From NCBI GenBank assembly GCA_013416795.1, contig RQSC01000002.1:348603-412602 (forward strand): 64,000 bases of DNA, given 5' to 3'. The notes below the pieces were generated by a model, which was not told where the DNA came from, did not search any database, and worked only from the letters and a program-made list of their open reading frames with translations. Both the position numbers and the translations under genes were made by a program. Source of the DNA: Prasinococcaceae sp. CCMP 1430 (Eukaryota > Plantae > Prasinodermophyta). Shown piece by piece: positions 9,819-19,732 of the stretch. How positions within the stretch are numbered: position 1 is the first letter of the stretch; each line of letters begins with the position of its first letter.

Positions 9819-11507
9819 TTAGGAGCGGCGGGTCTTGGCGGGCTGTCCCAGGATGCCCTTGGTGTCGACCTCCTGCGGCGGCGTCGGCCCGCCGGCGGGC
9901 TGCGTGGGGCACAGCGCCTCCGCGGTGACGTCGCGGCAGCGGGCGAAGCGCCTCCACGACGAGCGATTGCCCGCGCCGGCGACGCCGTTGAAGTACGGGT
10001 GTGCGAGCGCGTCACGCGCGCTAATACGTTTGGTGGGGTCGTATGCAAGGAACTTGCCAAGCAAATCAATGCCGTCTTCGTCGAGCTGTGGCACCAGCTG
10101 GCTCAGTGGCTTTCCCTCCCACTGAGGAAAGGTGACCTGGTAGTCCGGCATGTCCTCCACGCCAGCCCACGTGTCCGGGCTGGGGGTTCCGAGAGCACGG
10201 AAGATATGGAAGAGCTGGTCGATCTCGATGTTCTCGCTGGGGAAGAGCGGCGCGCCTTTGGCCAGCTCGCCGAATACCGCGCCGACGCTCCACATGTCGA
10301 TCGGCATCGAGTACTTCACCTTTGGTCCGCCAAGCAGAATTTCGGGCGCCCGGTACCACAGCGTCACTACCTCGTGGGTGAGGTTGCCCACGGGTGGAGC
10401 CACCTGGCGGCTGAGACCCCATCCAGCGATCACGAGCCGACCCGTACGCCGCTCCACGAGCAGATTGTCCGGTTTGATGTCGCGGTGCAGGGTCGCCCGC
10501 GAGTGCGCAGCCTCGACACCCAGAAGCAGTTGCCACATGAGCATGCGCACCGTCTCTGCGTACAGCGGGACGTCCTCGTCCAGTGACGGGGGCGTCTGGT
10601 CCTCATCCAATTCTTCCGCGGCTTGGAAGAATTCTGGGGAATTCTTCCAAGCGTGGAGGGCCAAGTACTTACTTTCTCTCATAAACGTACTCATCCTCAC
10701 CGCTGGGCCCTCCACCGCTGGGCCCTCCGCGAGGGGGCCTATCTCGCGCTGCCTGAGTGCCCGCACCGAGGGGCTGGGGGGCGCGCTGCCCCCCGCCCCG
10801 GGATGGCTCGGCGCACACTCTTCGACGACGGTGACCGCGCTCCTGTACTCGGGCACCATCATGCCCTCCTCTTTCATGTCGCGCCAGACCTTGACGACCT
10901 CCATGTTGCTCGTGCCGCTCCGGTCGTGCTTCTTCGAGGCCGTCTCGCTCTGCGCCTTGAGGAGGGCCTCGGGCGCCCGGATGATCCACTCGCGCGGCGG
11001 CTGCCGCAGGTTGGTGTCCATGCGCTCAAAGACAATCCGCACTCGCGGCCCCATGTCCACCGCCGCGTGCAGCTTCACCACGCTCGGGCAGCCCTGCAGG
11101 TGTCGCAGCGCGCCCAGCTCGCGGACAGTGCCAATGGATAGCCCCTCCGCCTCACCCGACTCGGCGCACTTGATCGCAACGAGGCGGCCCGTGAGGCGGT
11201 CGCGTCCACGGTACACCGAGGTGCCAGGCGGGTCGGCGAAGAGGCGCTGGAAACGGTCCCCGGGCTTGCTGAGGCGCGAGATCGTGTACGCGCGGAAGGC
11301 ACGAGGCAGCACCACGGGAGGTGGCGCCGAGCCATAGAGACGCTTGTGCATCGCCTCCCACACCGACGGCTCGGCCGCAGCGGCACGCCACGAGCGGCAC
11401 ACGCGCGCAGCCTGCGACAGCCAGTTCGGCCATTCCACGTTCTCGAGCACCTTGGCGAGCACGTTCGCGTCCAGGTCGGGACCGCCAAGTACGCATGCGC
11501 GGCGCAT
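9819..11507 (-). CDS. F-box + CDK-like kinase-fold protein (probable pseudokinase)
   Basis: F-box-like LDANVLAKVLENV...AARVCRSWR...VW at about 11330-11480, then VAIK, SIGTVRE, HRDIKPDN, IAGWGL, THEVVTLWYRAPE and DPTKRISARDALAHPYF. ATG at 11507 is a candidate start only. Confidence 0.8.
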   Translation of the reverse strand: MRRACVLGGPDLDANVLAKVLENVEWPNWLSQAARVCRSWRAAAAEPSVWEAMHKRLYGSAPPPVVLPRAFRAYTISRLSKPGDRFQRLFADPPGTSVYRGRDRLTGRLVAIKCAESGEAEGLSIGTVRELGALRHLQGCPSVVKLHAAVDMGPRVRIVFERMDTNLRQPPREWIIRAPEALLKAQSETASKKHDRSGTSNMEVVKVWRDMKEEGMMVPEYRSAVTVVEECAPSHPGAGGSAPPSPSVRALRQREIGPLAEGPAVEGPAVRMSTFMRESKYLALHAWKNSPEFFQAAEELDEDQTPPSLDEDVPLYAETVRMLMWQLLLGVEAAHSRATLHRDIKPDNLLVERRTGRLVIAGWGLSRQVAPPVGNLTHEVVTLWYRAPEILLGGPKVKYSMPIDMWSVGAVFGELAKGAPLFPSENIEIDQLFHIFRALGTPSPDTWAGVEDMPDYQVTFPQWEGKPLSQLVPQLDEDGIDLLGKFLAYDPTKRISARDALAHPYFNGVAGAGNRSSWRRFARCRDVTAEALCPTQPAGGPTPPQEVDTKGILGQPAKTRRS

Positions 11508-11559
11508 CGCGTGGCACACGGGAGACACGCCGGGCACAACCTGACCCGCGCCGCCCCAG

Positions 11560-11905
11560 CGAAGAGGCGTCGGTGTCGGAGGCGTGCCGCCGCTGAGAAG
11601 CCCGCCTGCTGCGGATGCCGACGAGGCCGCCGGACCGCCGCCGCCGCTGCCGCTGCTGCCGCCGCCGCCGCCGCCGGGCGGGGCGAGCGAGGGCGCCGGC
11701 GCAGCCACGTCCTCGCCATCGCCAGCAACGGTCGCCCACAGCGCCAGCGCCGCCATGACCGCGAAAGGCAGCAGCACGTACGCGGTCATGGCCACCGAGC
11801 CGTCGCCGACAGCTCGCACGCCGCGCAGATTGAGCGCAGCGGCGACCGCGAGAACGCCGACCTTGGCGGCCCAGGCCGGCCAACCGCTGAGCCGGTCGCA
11901 GCCGT
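11560..11905 (-). pseudogene. Internal fragment of a PUT/LAT-type polyamine (APC) transporter
   Basis: LNLRGVRAVG...YVLLPFAVM resembles plant PUT/LAT LNYRGLTIVG...LPFAVM. Only about 2 TM helices are present, bounded upstream by a single N at 11906 and running in frame into the F-box ORF. Confidence 0.6.
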
Positions 11906-12714
11906 NGCCGGCAAACCGTTCGCGCCAGGCGCGCGCGCGCGCGGCGGCCGTTTCGAACCGCGCCGCGCGCCCCCGCGTGCGTTTTGACAAAGGAGCTCCC
12001 GTGGGTATTTCAATACAACATTTCATATTGGTATGTGACGCATCGTGCGCGGCACGCAAACACACCGCACATGTGACCGATGCGGGCCGAAACGCGAAAC
12101 GCGAAAGCGAAAACGTAAAAAAACGAGACCGAAAAAGGCGCGGCGTGGCAGCGCAGGTCGCTTTGAAGGCGGCTGCGCGTTTTGGTTGGGGGCGACGACG
12201 CCCGGAATTCGAGGGGCGCGCGCGCGCTGGCCGGCCGGCGCCGGCCGCGCGGGCCGCAGTTTGGGATCGATTCGACGCAGAAATGCGGCGGAGGGCGGCG
12301 GCGGCGAGGGCGATCCGCGGGTCGGAGCCCAGGCGTTGATCCGTTTCGGCGCACGGGCGCGCGCGCGCGCGCGCGCGCTCGGCCGCGGCGGCCGCGGCGG
12401 CCGGCAGGGAAGGGGGGGAGGGCTGCGTGGGCGGCGGGGGGTCTCGCCCGCGAGAGGGAGGCGGGGAGGGGAGGAGGAGAAAGGGAGGGAGCGGCCGTGT
12501 GTGTGTGTTTGTGTTTGGGGGAAGGGGGCAGGGGCGGTGCACTCGCCCGCGAGCCGCGCACCGGCCGGGGAGAGAGAGAGGGAGAGAGCTCCGCCACCGC
12601 CACGCGGCGCAGCGCACCCGGGTGGGCGAGCTCGAGGCGACAGGGCGCGCGTGAGGAAGGGCGAGGCTGTCGGGAAAGGGATTAATACGCGCCTGTGCCT
12701 CTCGCTCCGTCGCC

Positions 12715-13299
12715 ATGTCGGTGCGGCAACGCGCGGGCGCCCGAGGCGGCTCGGATAACGTCGTTGACATGAAGGCGCTCGGCGACCGCTCAGGCTCCGC
12801 CAACGCAAAGAAGGCGCCGCCGAAGGACGAGTTTGACGAGTTCATGGACTTCTGCGATGAGAACGCCGGCATGCTCGTGGGGCTGATCCTGATTGTGCTC
12901 GGCTTCGTGCTGCTGGTCATCGCGTGGATGATGTGTGCACAGCTGCGCGCCCGAGCGTTTCCCAATGGCCCGCGCGGGCGGATCGGCAAGGGCTACGCCC
13001 ACCGCCAATTCAACATGTTCGCGTCGCTGTGGTGGGTGGGGCTCGGGATGTGCGGGGTGCCTGCCATGGTGCTGCTGTACCAAGCCTACTCGGGCGACGA
13101 CCAGTGGATCGGCAAGATCCGAGGCGTGCTCACGCGCTTCGCGAAGCTGAAGGTTGTGAACCGCGTACGCAAGGCGGCGTACCTAATGCGCTGGCGTGCC
13201 AAGGAGATGGCCGAGGAGCGCCGCGTCGCGCAGTCCCGCACGACCGCTGCGGGCGCAGCGCCCACGTACGCGCCCACACGGGCCAAGAATATGGTCTAG
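12715..13299 (+). CDS. Hypothetical 2-TM membrane protein
   Basis: 194 aa ORF with coding-like composition and two hydrophobic segments (MLVGLILIVLGFVLLVIAWMM; FASLWWVGLGMCGVPAMVLLY). Family not recognised. Confidence 0.7.
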   Translation: MSVRQRAGARGGSDNVVDMKALGDRSGSANAKKAPPKDEFDEFMDFCDENAGMLVGLILIVLGFVLLVIAWMMCAQLRARAFPNGPRGRIGKGYAHRQFNMFASLWWVGLGMCGVPAMVLLYQAYSGDDQWIGKIRGVLTRFAKLKVVNRVRKAAYLMRWRAKEMAEERRVAQSRTTAAGAAPTYAPTRAKNMV

Positions 13300-13467
13300 C
13301 CAGACCCCGCATTTAATCACGCACGCGCGAATGCATGCATACAACGACCAGCCACCGGCGCACACGCACAGAGAGAGAGGAGCGGCGCGGGGCCGTGACA
13401 TCGAATACGATGTGTGCTCACCGCGCGCGATATCTCAGGTGCTCATGCGCACGCGTGCCTTCGCGCC

Positions 13468-14559
13468 TTAGCTGGACATGACCATCGGCGCCTGTGAGGT
13501 CGATTCGTACGTCGTCTGGAAGATGGTCGCTGTGGCGTCCTCCGCCTCCTTACCGGGCTTGGTCCCGAATTTGGCCTTGAGCTGTTTCTTGTATGCCATC
13601 AGCACTGCGTCCGAGCCCTGAGGCCGGCGCGCGCGTGCGCACGGAAGAGAGGCGCGTGCGTGTCGCGTTAGTTGCCACCTGCCCACGGCGTGTGTGGGAG
13701 GGGGGGAGCAGGGAGCGGGAGCAGCGAGCGCGAGAGCATCTTTGCGCTCGCGCATTGCATGCCGCGCGCGCGTGAGTGCTGCCGCACCTTTCCATCCGCC
13801 ACCGAGTACTTGTCCTTGAGCCCCTCGATGGCCTTTGCGCCGTCGTTGTCCTCTTTGAACCATACGAAGCAGAACGCCTTGCCGTCGACCACACCGTCAT
13901 TCGGAAAGTGCACCTTGCTCACCTGTGCACCATGGGCAAGAGGCACGCATCACGTGGGTGTGATGATGCACGTGATTCGATGCGTGCACGCGTGAGCACA
14001 CGCGTGCGTGACTGTGCGCGAGCGAGCGTGCGTGCGCATCTTCTGCTCAACGCTTCGTCTTCCCTCCTGTACCCCCGCATACTCTGCGCACCTATGCGAT
14101 ATGGCGAGCGCCGGCAAGCGTGCAGCGCGCGCACCTCGCCGAATTCCTCGAAGGCGCCTTTGATGCTCTCCGCCTCAATTTCCGGCTCCAGATCCTTGCC
14201 GTGCGCGCGCGTTGGCTTCGTCAGCTTGCTGCGGGGGTATGCTGCAGCGCGCTCGCGCGCGTTCGCAAGGTGCGCGCGACCGTGCATTCAGAGGTACGCT
14301 AGCAAGAGCGAGCGAGCGAGAGAGAGGCCGAGAGAGAAGACACGCGCATGCGCGTGCGTTTGCTCACGCGTGCACGCGGGAGACAGGTACATACACACAC
14401 AGATGCAGATAGCGTGCGCGTCCGTCACGCGCAGAGCTTTGTCCGTTGCCTCCTCTTTCCACACCTCACCTTGACGAGCACCGGGTTGTAGTGCACCGGG
14501 TAGTACGGCCCAGGGTCCTCCCACATCGCATACTTCGTGCGGCCACCCGGCGGCGGCAT
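13468..14559 (-). CDS. RRM-domain RNA-binding protein (about 5 exons)
   Basis: Spliced exons MPPPGG...PVLVK / ...IEAESIKGAFEEFGE / VSKVHFP...KAFCFVWF (RNP1-like) / GSDAV...MSS*, with GTGAG/GTGCG donors. Confidence 0.7.
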
Positions 14560-14684
14560 GACGGCGGCGAGCTGGGGAGGGAGGAAGGCGGAGCAGCTGG
14601 GGCAGCGCCGTCGCGTGTTGTGCCGCCCCGCGCCCGCGCGCCCGCCGCCGCTGCCGCCGCCCCCCACTGCAGCGCCCGGACNGC

Positions 14685-16928
14685 GTGCATCCAAGCATGC
14701 AGCTGACGTCGTCCAGCACGGCGTCGGAGTCGTTCTGGGAGTTGAAGAGCTTGACATCCTGTTGGGCGGGCTCACGGCGCCGGGCGGGCACGCGGGCGGT
14801 CAGCGGCTGCGCGCCGCAGGCGCCGAGCTTCGCGTCGGCGGCGCTCGCACCCGCGGGTCTGTGCCCCGGGTGCGGCGTCCCGCTGCAGGACCACGACCCG
14901 CAGGCGCCGGGATTCTACGTTAAGCCGCGCCGTAGCTCGCCAGGAGCGGAGTCGGAGGAGCCAGCCGGCGCGGCGGCGAGGCTCGGAGCGGCCGCTGCTG
15001 CCGCCGGTGTGAGCGCCGACGAGCTGGACGCGCTCGTCGCAGACACACAGGCTGAGCTGGACGCGGCGGCGGAGGCGGAGGCGGGGGCGGAGGGTGAGGC
15101 AGACCTCTTTGCCCGCGCTCCAGCGGGCGGGGACTACGTCACGTACGACTCAGACGGGCGTGTGCTCAACGACCCGACCTCCGAAGCGCTCTTCGAGGCG
15201 CTGCGCAACAATGACCTGGAGGAGGCCTATGCTCTCGCCGAGTCGCGCGCGGCTGAGGAGCGCGGTGAGGAGGGAGACAACAGCGCCGCCTTTCAGGACG
15301 CGCTCGCGGCATACATCGCCGCGAACCCGGAGGCCGTGCGCGATTTTGAGAGGGGCGGCACGGCGGGCGAAAGCGACCTCGTGGGCGATGTCGACCTCGA
15401 CGGCCTCGACCTCGATGCTGACGACCGCGAGTTCGGCGACTTTGACGACGACTACGAGGACGACGGCGACTTCGATGCTGGTCTCGAGGGGGCTAACATA
15501 GGCCCCGCCGCCGATGCGGCCGCCGCCGAAACCACTGCGGAGGCGTCACCGGCACTGAAGCGCGAGCGGCCAATCGTGTGCGCCCGCTGCTACTCGCTAA
15601 CGCACCGCAACAGGCTGCAGGACGGCGGCGTCGACGAGGCGCTCATGCCGGGCTTCGACTTCACGCGCGTGCTCGGCAGCAAGTTCAGGAAGGCGTACGA
15701 GTACCGACGGCTCGTAGTGCTGCTGGTGGTCGACGTGCAGGACTTCGATGGCAGCTTCCCGCGCGAGGCGGCCGACCTGCTCGCGGCCGTGGCGGCCGAG
15801 CGCGACGCAGACATGCGCTACGCCGCCGGCAAGGAAAACATCAGCGGCAGCGGCAGCAAGGCGGCGCGCCGCGCGCCGCCGCTCACTGTGTGCGTTGCCG
15901 CCAACAAGGCGGACCTCATGCCCACGTGCGCAACGCACAACCGCCTGCGCAACTGGGTGCGCGAGCGGGCGGTCGCGTATGGCTGCCCGAGGCCCGATGC
16001 GGTGCACATGGTGAGCGCCAAGACGGGTGTGGGCGTCAAGGATTTGATGAAGGACCTCGACCACAAGATCGGCAGCCGCGGCGACGTGTGGATCTTAGGA
16101 GCGCAGAACGCTGGCAAGTCGAGCCTTATCAACTCGCTGCGTCGCCATCGCGCGCTGCTCGAGGGGCCCGACTCGGACGCCGCGAAGGCGGCGGAGGTCA
16201 CCGAGGCCCACGTGCCAGGGACTACCATCGGTGTGCTGCGCCTGCCCGGCGTGCTTGCAAGTGGTGGCCGCCTCTTCGACACCCCCGGCCTGGAGCATGT
16301 GCATCAGCTTACGAGCAGGCTAGGACCAGAGGCGGTGAAGGCCCTCATGCCTGGCGGGCGGCTGCGGCCGCGCACGTGGCGCATGGCCGCGGGGCAGAGT
16401 CTCGCGCTAGGCGGCGTGGCGCGCATCGAGGTGGTGAACTCGCGCTCGAGCGGTGGAGGCGCGCTCTACCTCACCGCCTGGCTCAGTGGCGAGGTCCCGT
16501 GCCACATGGGGAAGACCGAGCGCGTGCTCGAGATCTTCGAGCGCGACCAGGGCAGCTCTCTCTGGCCGCCTCTCTCCCCCGAGGCCGCATCCGAGCTCGG
16601 CGCGCTTGTCCCCACCGAAGTCGAGGTCTCAAGCGACGACTGGATGGCTGCTCAGACCGACGTGTGCGTCGCAGGCCTCGGGTGGGTGGGCGTGGGCGTT
16701 AAGGGCACCACGCGCCTGCGCGTGTGGGTGCCTGAGGGCACGGCAGTCACCACCCGCCCCGCAATGATACCCGACATGGCCGACAAGTGGGAGCGGCCGG
16801 GGCGCTCAGTTGCCATCAAGAAGGCAGGCAAGGGCGCGCGCGGCGGTGGCAAGAAGGGCGGTGGCAAGAAACACGATCGCAAGAAGAAGAGCAGAAGTAA
16901 GGGCGCGCACGACGACGACGACTGGTGA
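14685..16928 (+). CDS. BPG2: YqeH/NOA1-family circularly permuted GTPase, BPG2-like (plastid ribosome biogenesis)
   Basis: Zn ligands CPGCG and CARC; G4 NKAD, G5 VSAK, G1 GAQNAGKS, G2 PGTT, G3 DTPG in permuted order; C-terminal DVCVAGLGW. Confidence 0.88.
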   Translation: MHPSMQLTSSSTASESFWELKSLTSCWAGSRRRAGTRAVSGCAPQAPSFASAALAPAGLCPGCGVPLQDHDPQAPGFYVKPRRSSPGAESEEPAGAAARLGAAAAAAGVSADELDALVADTQAELDAAAEAEAGAEGEADLFARAPAGGDYVTYDSDGRVLNDPTSEALFEALRNNDLEEAYALAESRAAEERGEEGDNSAAFQDALAAYIAANPEAVRDFERGGTAGESDLVGDVDLDGLDLDADDREFGDFDDDYEDDGDFDAGLEGANIGPAADAAAAETTAEASPALKRERPIVCARCYSLTHRNRLQDGGVDEALMPGFDFTRVLGSKFRKAYEYRRLVVLLVVDVQDFDGSFPREAADLLAAVAAERDADMRYAAGKENISGSGSKAARRAPPLTVCVAANKADLMPTCATHNRLRNWVRERAVAYGCPRPDAVHMVSAKTGVGVKDLMKDLDHKIGSRGDVWILGAQNAGKSSLINSLRRHRALLEGPDSDAAKAAEVTEAHVPGTTIGVLRLPGVLASGGRLFDTPGLEHVHQLTSRLGPEAVKALMPGGRLRPRTWRMAAGQSLALGGVARIEVVNSRSSGGGALYLTAWLSGEVPCHMGKTERVLEIFERDQGSSLWPPLSPEAASELGALVPTEVEVSSDDWMAAQTDVCVAGLGWVGVGVKGTTRLRVWVPEGTAVTTRPAMIPDMADKWERPGRSVAIKKAGKGARGGGKKGGGKKHDRKKKSRSKGAHDDDDW

Positions 16929-17079
16929 GCCGCGCGTGACGGCGCGTCGTAAGCATAATCAGTTGGGCACGTCCGCCCGGGGCGCCCGCGCCCGCGCTGC
17001 CAAAGACGCCTTTGAGAAAGCGTTCCTTAGTCGACGTGTATTAGGTGCATGCTCAGCCGCGATCGCGCTGGTGAGGTGT

Positions 17080-18642
17080 TTAGTAGAGGGTGCGAGGCTC
17101 GAGCAAGTTGCGTGGCGAGATGCCGCCGCTCGATATCCTCCCGCCGCTCTTGCGGCGATGCTTCATCTCCATCGCGCGCTGCTCCGCCCGGACGTTGCGC
17201 AGCTCGTGCGAGTACGCCGGGTCGTGCATCTGCACATAGGCCTGCGGCGTGCAGAGCTGCGGGTAGGTGGCGAAAAAGTCCTTGTAGCCGCCCTTGAGCA
17301 GGAAGAGGTGCGGGAAGGACAGCGCGGGGTACTCGATGGCGTGCACGTTGCGGTCAGTGTTGCGCAGGTGGCGGCACAGCCTGGGCGCGCGCGCGGAGCT
17401 GAACTCGCAGTGGAAGATGATCGCCGGCCTGCTGGCTGCCTCGGGTGACTCGGGCGCACACGCGGGCGGCCGCTGGTGGATGAAGTACTCCTCTATGTCC
17501 TCCGGGCGCCAGAGGTTGACGGAGTTGCGGACGTGCCCGCCGTTGTGCTCGTATGGAAAGCGGCAGTCCACCACCAGGAAAGTTGAGATGCCCCAGGCGG
17601 TGGGCTCGTGCAGCAGCCGCGCGAGCGTGTGGCAGTCGATCGAGTGCAGGTCGTCGTGGGGCACCGTCGGCAGAATGGGGCGCAGCGCCCCCGTCAGCGG
17701 GCAGAAGGATGGGCTGACAAGGCCGATCTTCGCCTGCTCCTCCGCCGCGGTCGCCATCGCCGCGCGCCCCGGCGTCGCGTCGGCCGATGGCGCGCAACGC
17801 GAAAACGCCACCGCCGCATCCTCGCCGTCCGCGAACGGGCAGCCGCCGAACGCCGACATCACGTTGCTGGGCGACGTCGCGACGGCGCCCTCCCCACCAA
17901 GTGCGTGCGGCGCGGGCAGGCGCGGCGGCGGCGAACACATGCTGTCGCACGCGCGCCGCTTCGCCGAGCGCCGCTGCCGGCCCGGCGATCGCTCCGAGGC
18001 CGAGCGCCCGCGCGTCCTTCTGCTCATGCCCCCGCCGTCGCCGACTGGCACGAGCGGCGGCATGGACGCCGTCCGTGGCGCCGCCAGGGGCGTCGACGCG
18101 CCGAGAGGTGGGATGGGCGGCATCGCGGGCCACGCGGTGGGCCTGCGCTGCGCTGACGCAAGCGAAAACGGCGAGCCTGCCATGAAGTTCGCGAGCGCCG
18201 TCACCGGGGAGACGAGGCCCGCCCCACCGAGCGGCGGCGCGACGGGCGCGCCCGCTGGCGCGCCGAAAGCCGCCGAGTGCGATGGGGGCGAGAGGAACCC
18301 CGCCTGGCCCGGGATCTGCTCCTGCGCGCTCACCGGAGGCGCAGCCTGCTGCATCCGCGCCTGCGCCTGCGCTCCACCGGCACCGAATGTGTACGCGAAT
18401 TGGCGCGCGGCCGCCCGCTCCGCACCGCCCATCGGCGTCGCCGCGCCTGCGGCGAGGGGCGTGCGCAGGCCGTCGTCGCAATCCATTCCACCGCCACTCG
18501 CGAGCGGGTCGCGCTCATCGAGCACCGAAACTGGCGTGACGTGCCGATGGTGCGCATGCGCTTGCTGCGGCTTGCCCGCGAGCGCGCCGCCCTCCGCCGT
18601 CGAGTGCCTCTGCGCGCCGTAGTCCGCGTCGGCGGTCTCCAT
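17080..18642 (-). CDS. CDC25: M-phase inducer phosphatase Cdc25 (canonical, with long N-terminal regulatory region)
   Basis: VVDCRFPYEHNGGHV, catalytic HCEFSSAR (HCx5R), RNTDR, LLKGGYKDFF and YVQMHDP; ATG at 18642. Confidence 0.95.
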   Translation of the reverse strand: METADADYGAQRHSTAEGGALAGKPQQAHAHHRHVTPVSVLDERDPLASGGGMDCDDGLRTPLAAGAATPMGGAERAAARQFAYTFGAGGAQAQARMQQAAPPVSAQEQIPGQAGFLSPPSHSAAFGAPAGAPVAPPLGGAGLVSPVTALANFMAGSPFSLASAQRRPTAWPAMPPIPPLGASTPLAAPRTASMPPLVPVGDGGGMSRRTRGRSASERSPGRQRRSAKRRACDSMCSPPPRLPAPHALGGEGAVATSPSNVMSAFGGCPFADGEDAAVAFSRCAPSADATPGRAAMATAAEEQAKIGLVSPSFCPLTGALRPILPTVPHDDLHSIDCHTLARLLHEPTAWGISTFLVVDCRFPYEHNGGHVRNSVNLWRPEDIEEYFIHQRPPACAPESPEAASRPAIIFHCEFSSARAPRLCRHLRNTDRNVHAIEYPALSFPHLFLLKGGYKDFFATYPQLCTPQAYVQMHDPAYSHELRNVRAEQRAMEMKHRRKSGGRISSGGISPRNLLEPRTLY

Positions 18643-18893
18643 GTGCGCGGCGGCGACCGCACAGGGGCGGAGCGACGCAGCGCGGGGCGGGGCGCGGCGC
18701 GACGGGACGGGGCTGGAGTGGTCACCGCGATGCACCGAGCCTCCGCCGCAGTCGCCGGCGGATCGGCGCCACGACCGCCCCGCAGCCCGCGGCGCGGGAC
18801 CGGGCGCCGGCGCTTGCCCCAGAGGCGCGGAAGAGGGGCACAGCGAGCCGCGGAGGTTGGGGGGCAGGCGCGCGGGGCGGGCTGCCCGCGGTG

Positions 18894-18928
<35 letters not shown>

Positions 18929-19732
18929 TTAGCTTATCGACACGCACAGCGGCGCGAGTTTTTCGCGCGCGCGCGCCCGGCAGGGCGGGGCGGTTCGAAA
19001 GCGAACAGTCCTGCAAAGGGCGCCATCGCCATCAAATTCAATCGGGCCTGACTGATGAAAAACACGTATGTGCACGTACACTACGTAAGTTAAGGTTGTA
19101 TGTTTAGGGTATTAAAATCAGGGTGTAGAACTCCACGCGAGCGCGAGCGCGATTGCACAACGCTTTTTGCCTTTGTTTCGCGGGGCTTTGTTGCGGGCTC
19201 GCGGGGGCCGGCGCGGCCGGGTGCGTTTCGATGGGGCCGCGACGTTTCGGTTGCGTCGTTCGCGCGGCGCGGATTCGGCGATTCGGATCCGGATCCGCGG
19301 CCCAGTCCGTCCGGCCGCGGATCCCGCGCGCGCGCGCGCGCGCCCCGCTGGCGCGCACGGGTCGANNNNNNNNNNNNNNNNNNNNNNNNNNNNNNNNNNN
19401 NNNNNNNNNNNNNNNNNNNNNNNNNNNNNNNNNNNNNNNNNNNNNNNNNNNNNNNNNNNNNNNNNNNNNNNNNNNNNNNNNNNNNNNNNNNNNNNNNNNN
19501 NNNNNNNNNNNNNNNNNNNNNNNNNNNNNNNNNNNNNNCGCTCGCGAGCGCACGCGCACGCGCGGCGGGAGCGGGAGCGGGAGCGGCGGCAGGAACGGCC
19601 GTGGCGGCGGCAGCAGTGGCGCTGCAGGCGGGGCTGCGCAGCGCACGCAGGGTGTGGCGCACACGGATAGCGCACGCAGCTTCGTAGCCGGTGCCCTCGC
19701 GCAGGGATTAGGCCGTGAGGTGGCGAGCGGCG
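18643..19732. promoter_or_regulatory. Divergent CDC25/WEE1 intergenic region with E2F-like sites
   Basis: TTTCGCGC at 18961-18968 and TTTCGCGG at 19176-19183 fit the WTTSSCSS consensus. Also a C31 run at 18898-18928, TTTAGGG at 19103 and an N gap at 19366-19538. Confidence 0.5.

Noticed and set aside
9819-12989. 1056 aa ORF as a single protein
   Set aside because: The 5' third is GC-rich promoter sequence and antisense of the next gene, crosses an N, and contains an unrelated transporter fragment; only the F-box/kinase part is a coherent gene.
18992-19000. GGTTCGAAA, tRNA T-loop/B-box-like
   Set aside because: Flanks do not form a T-stem and no cloverleaf can be built.
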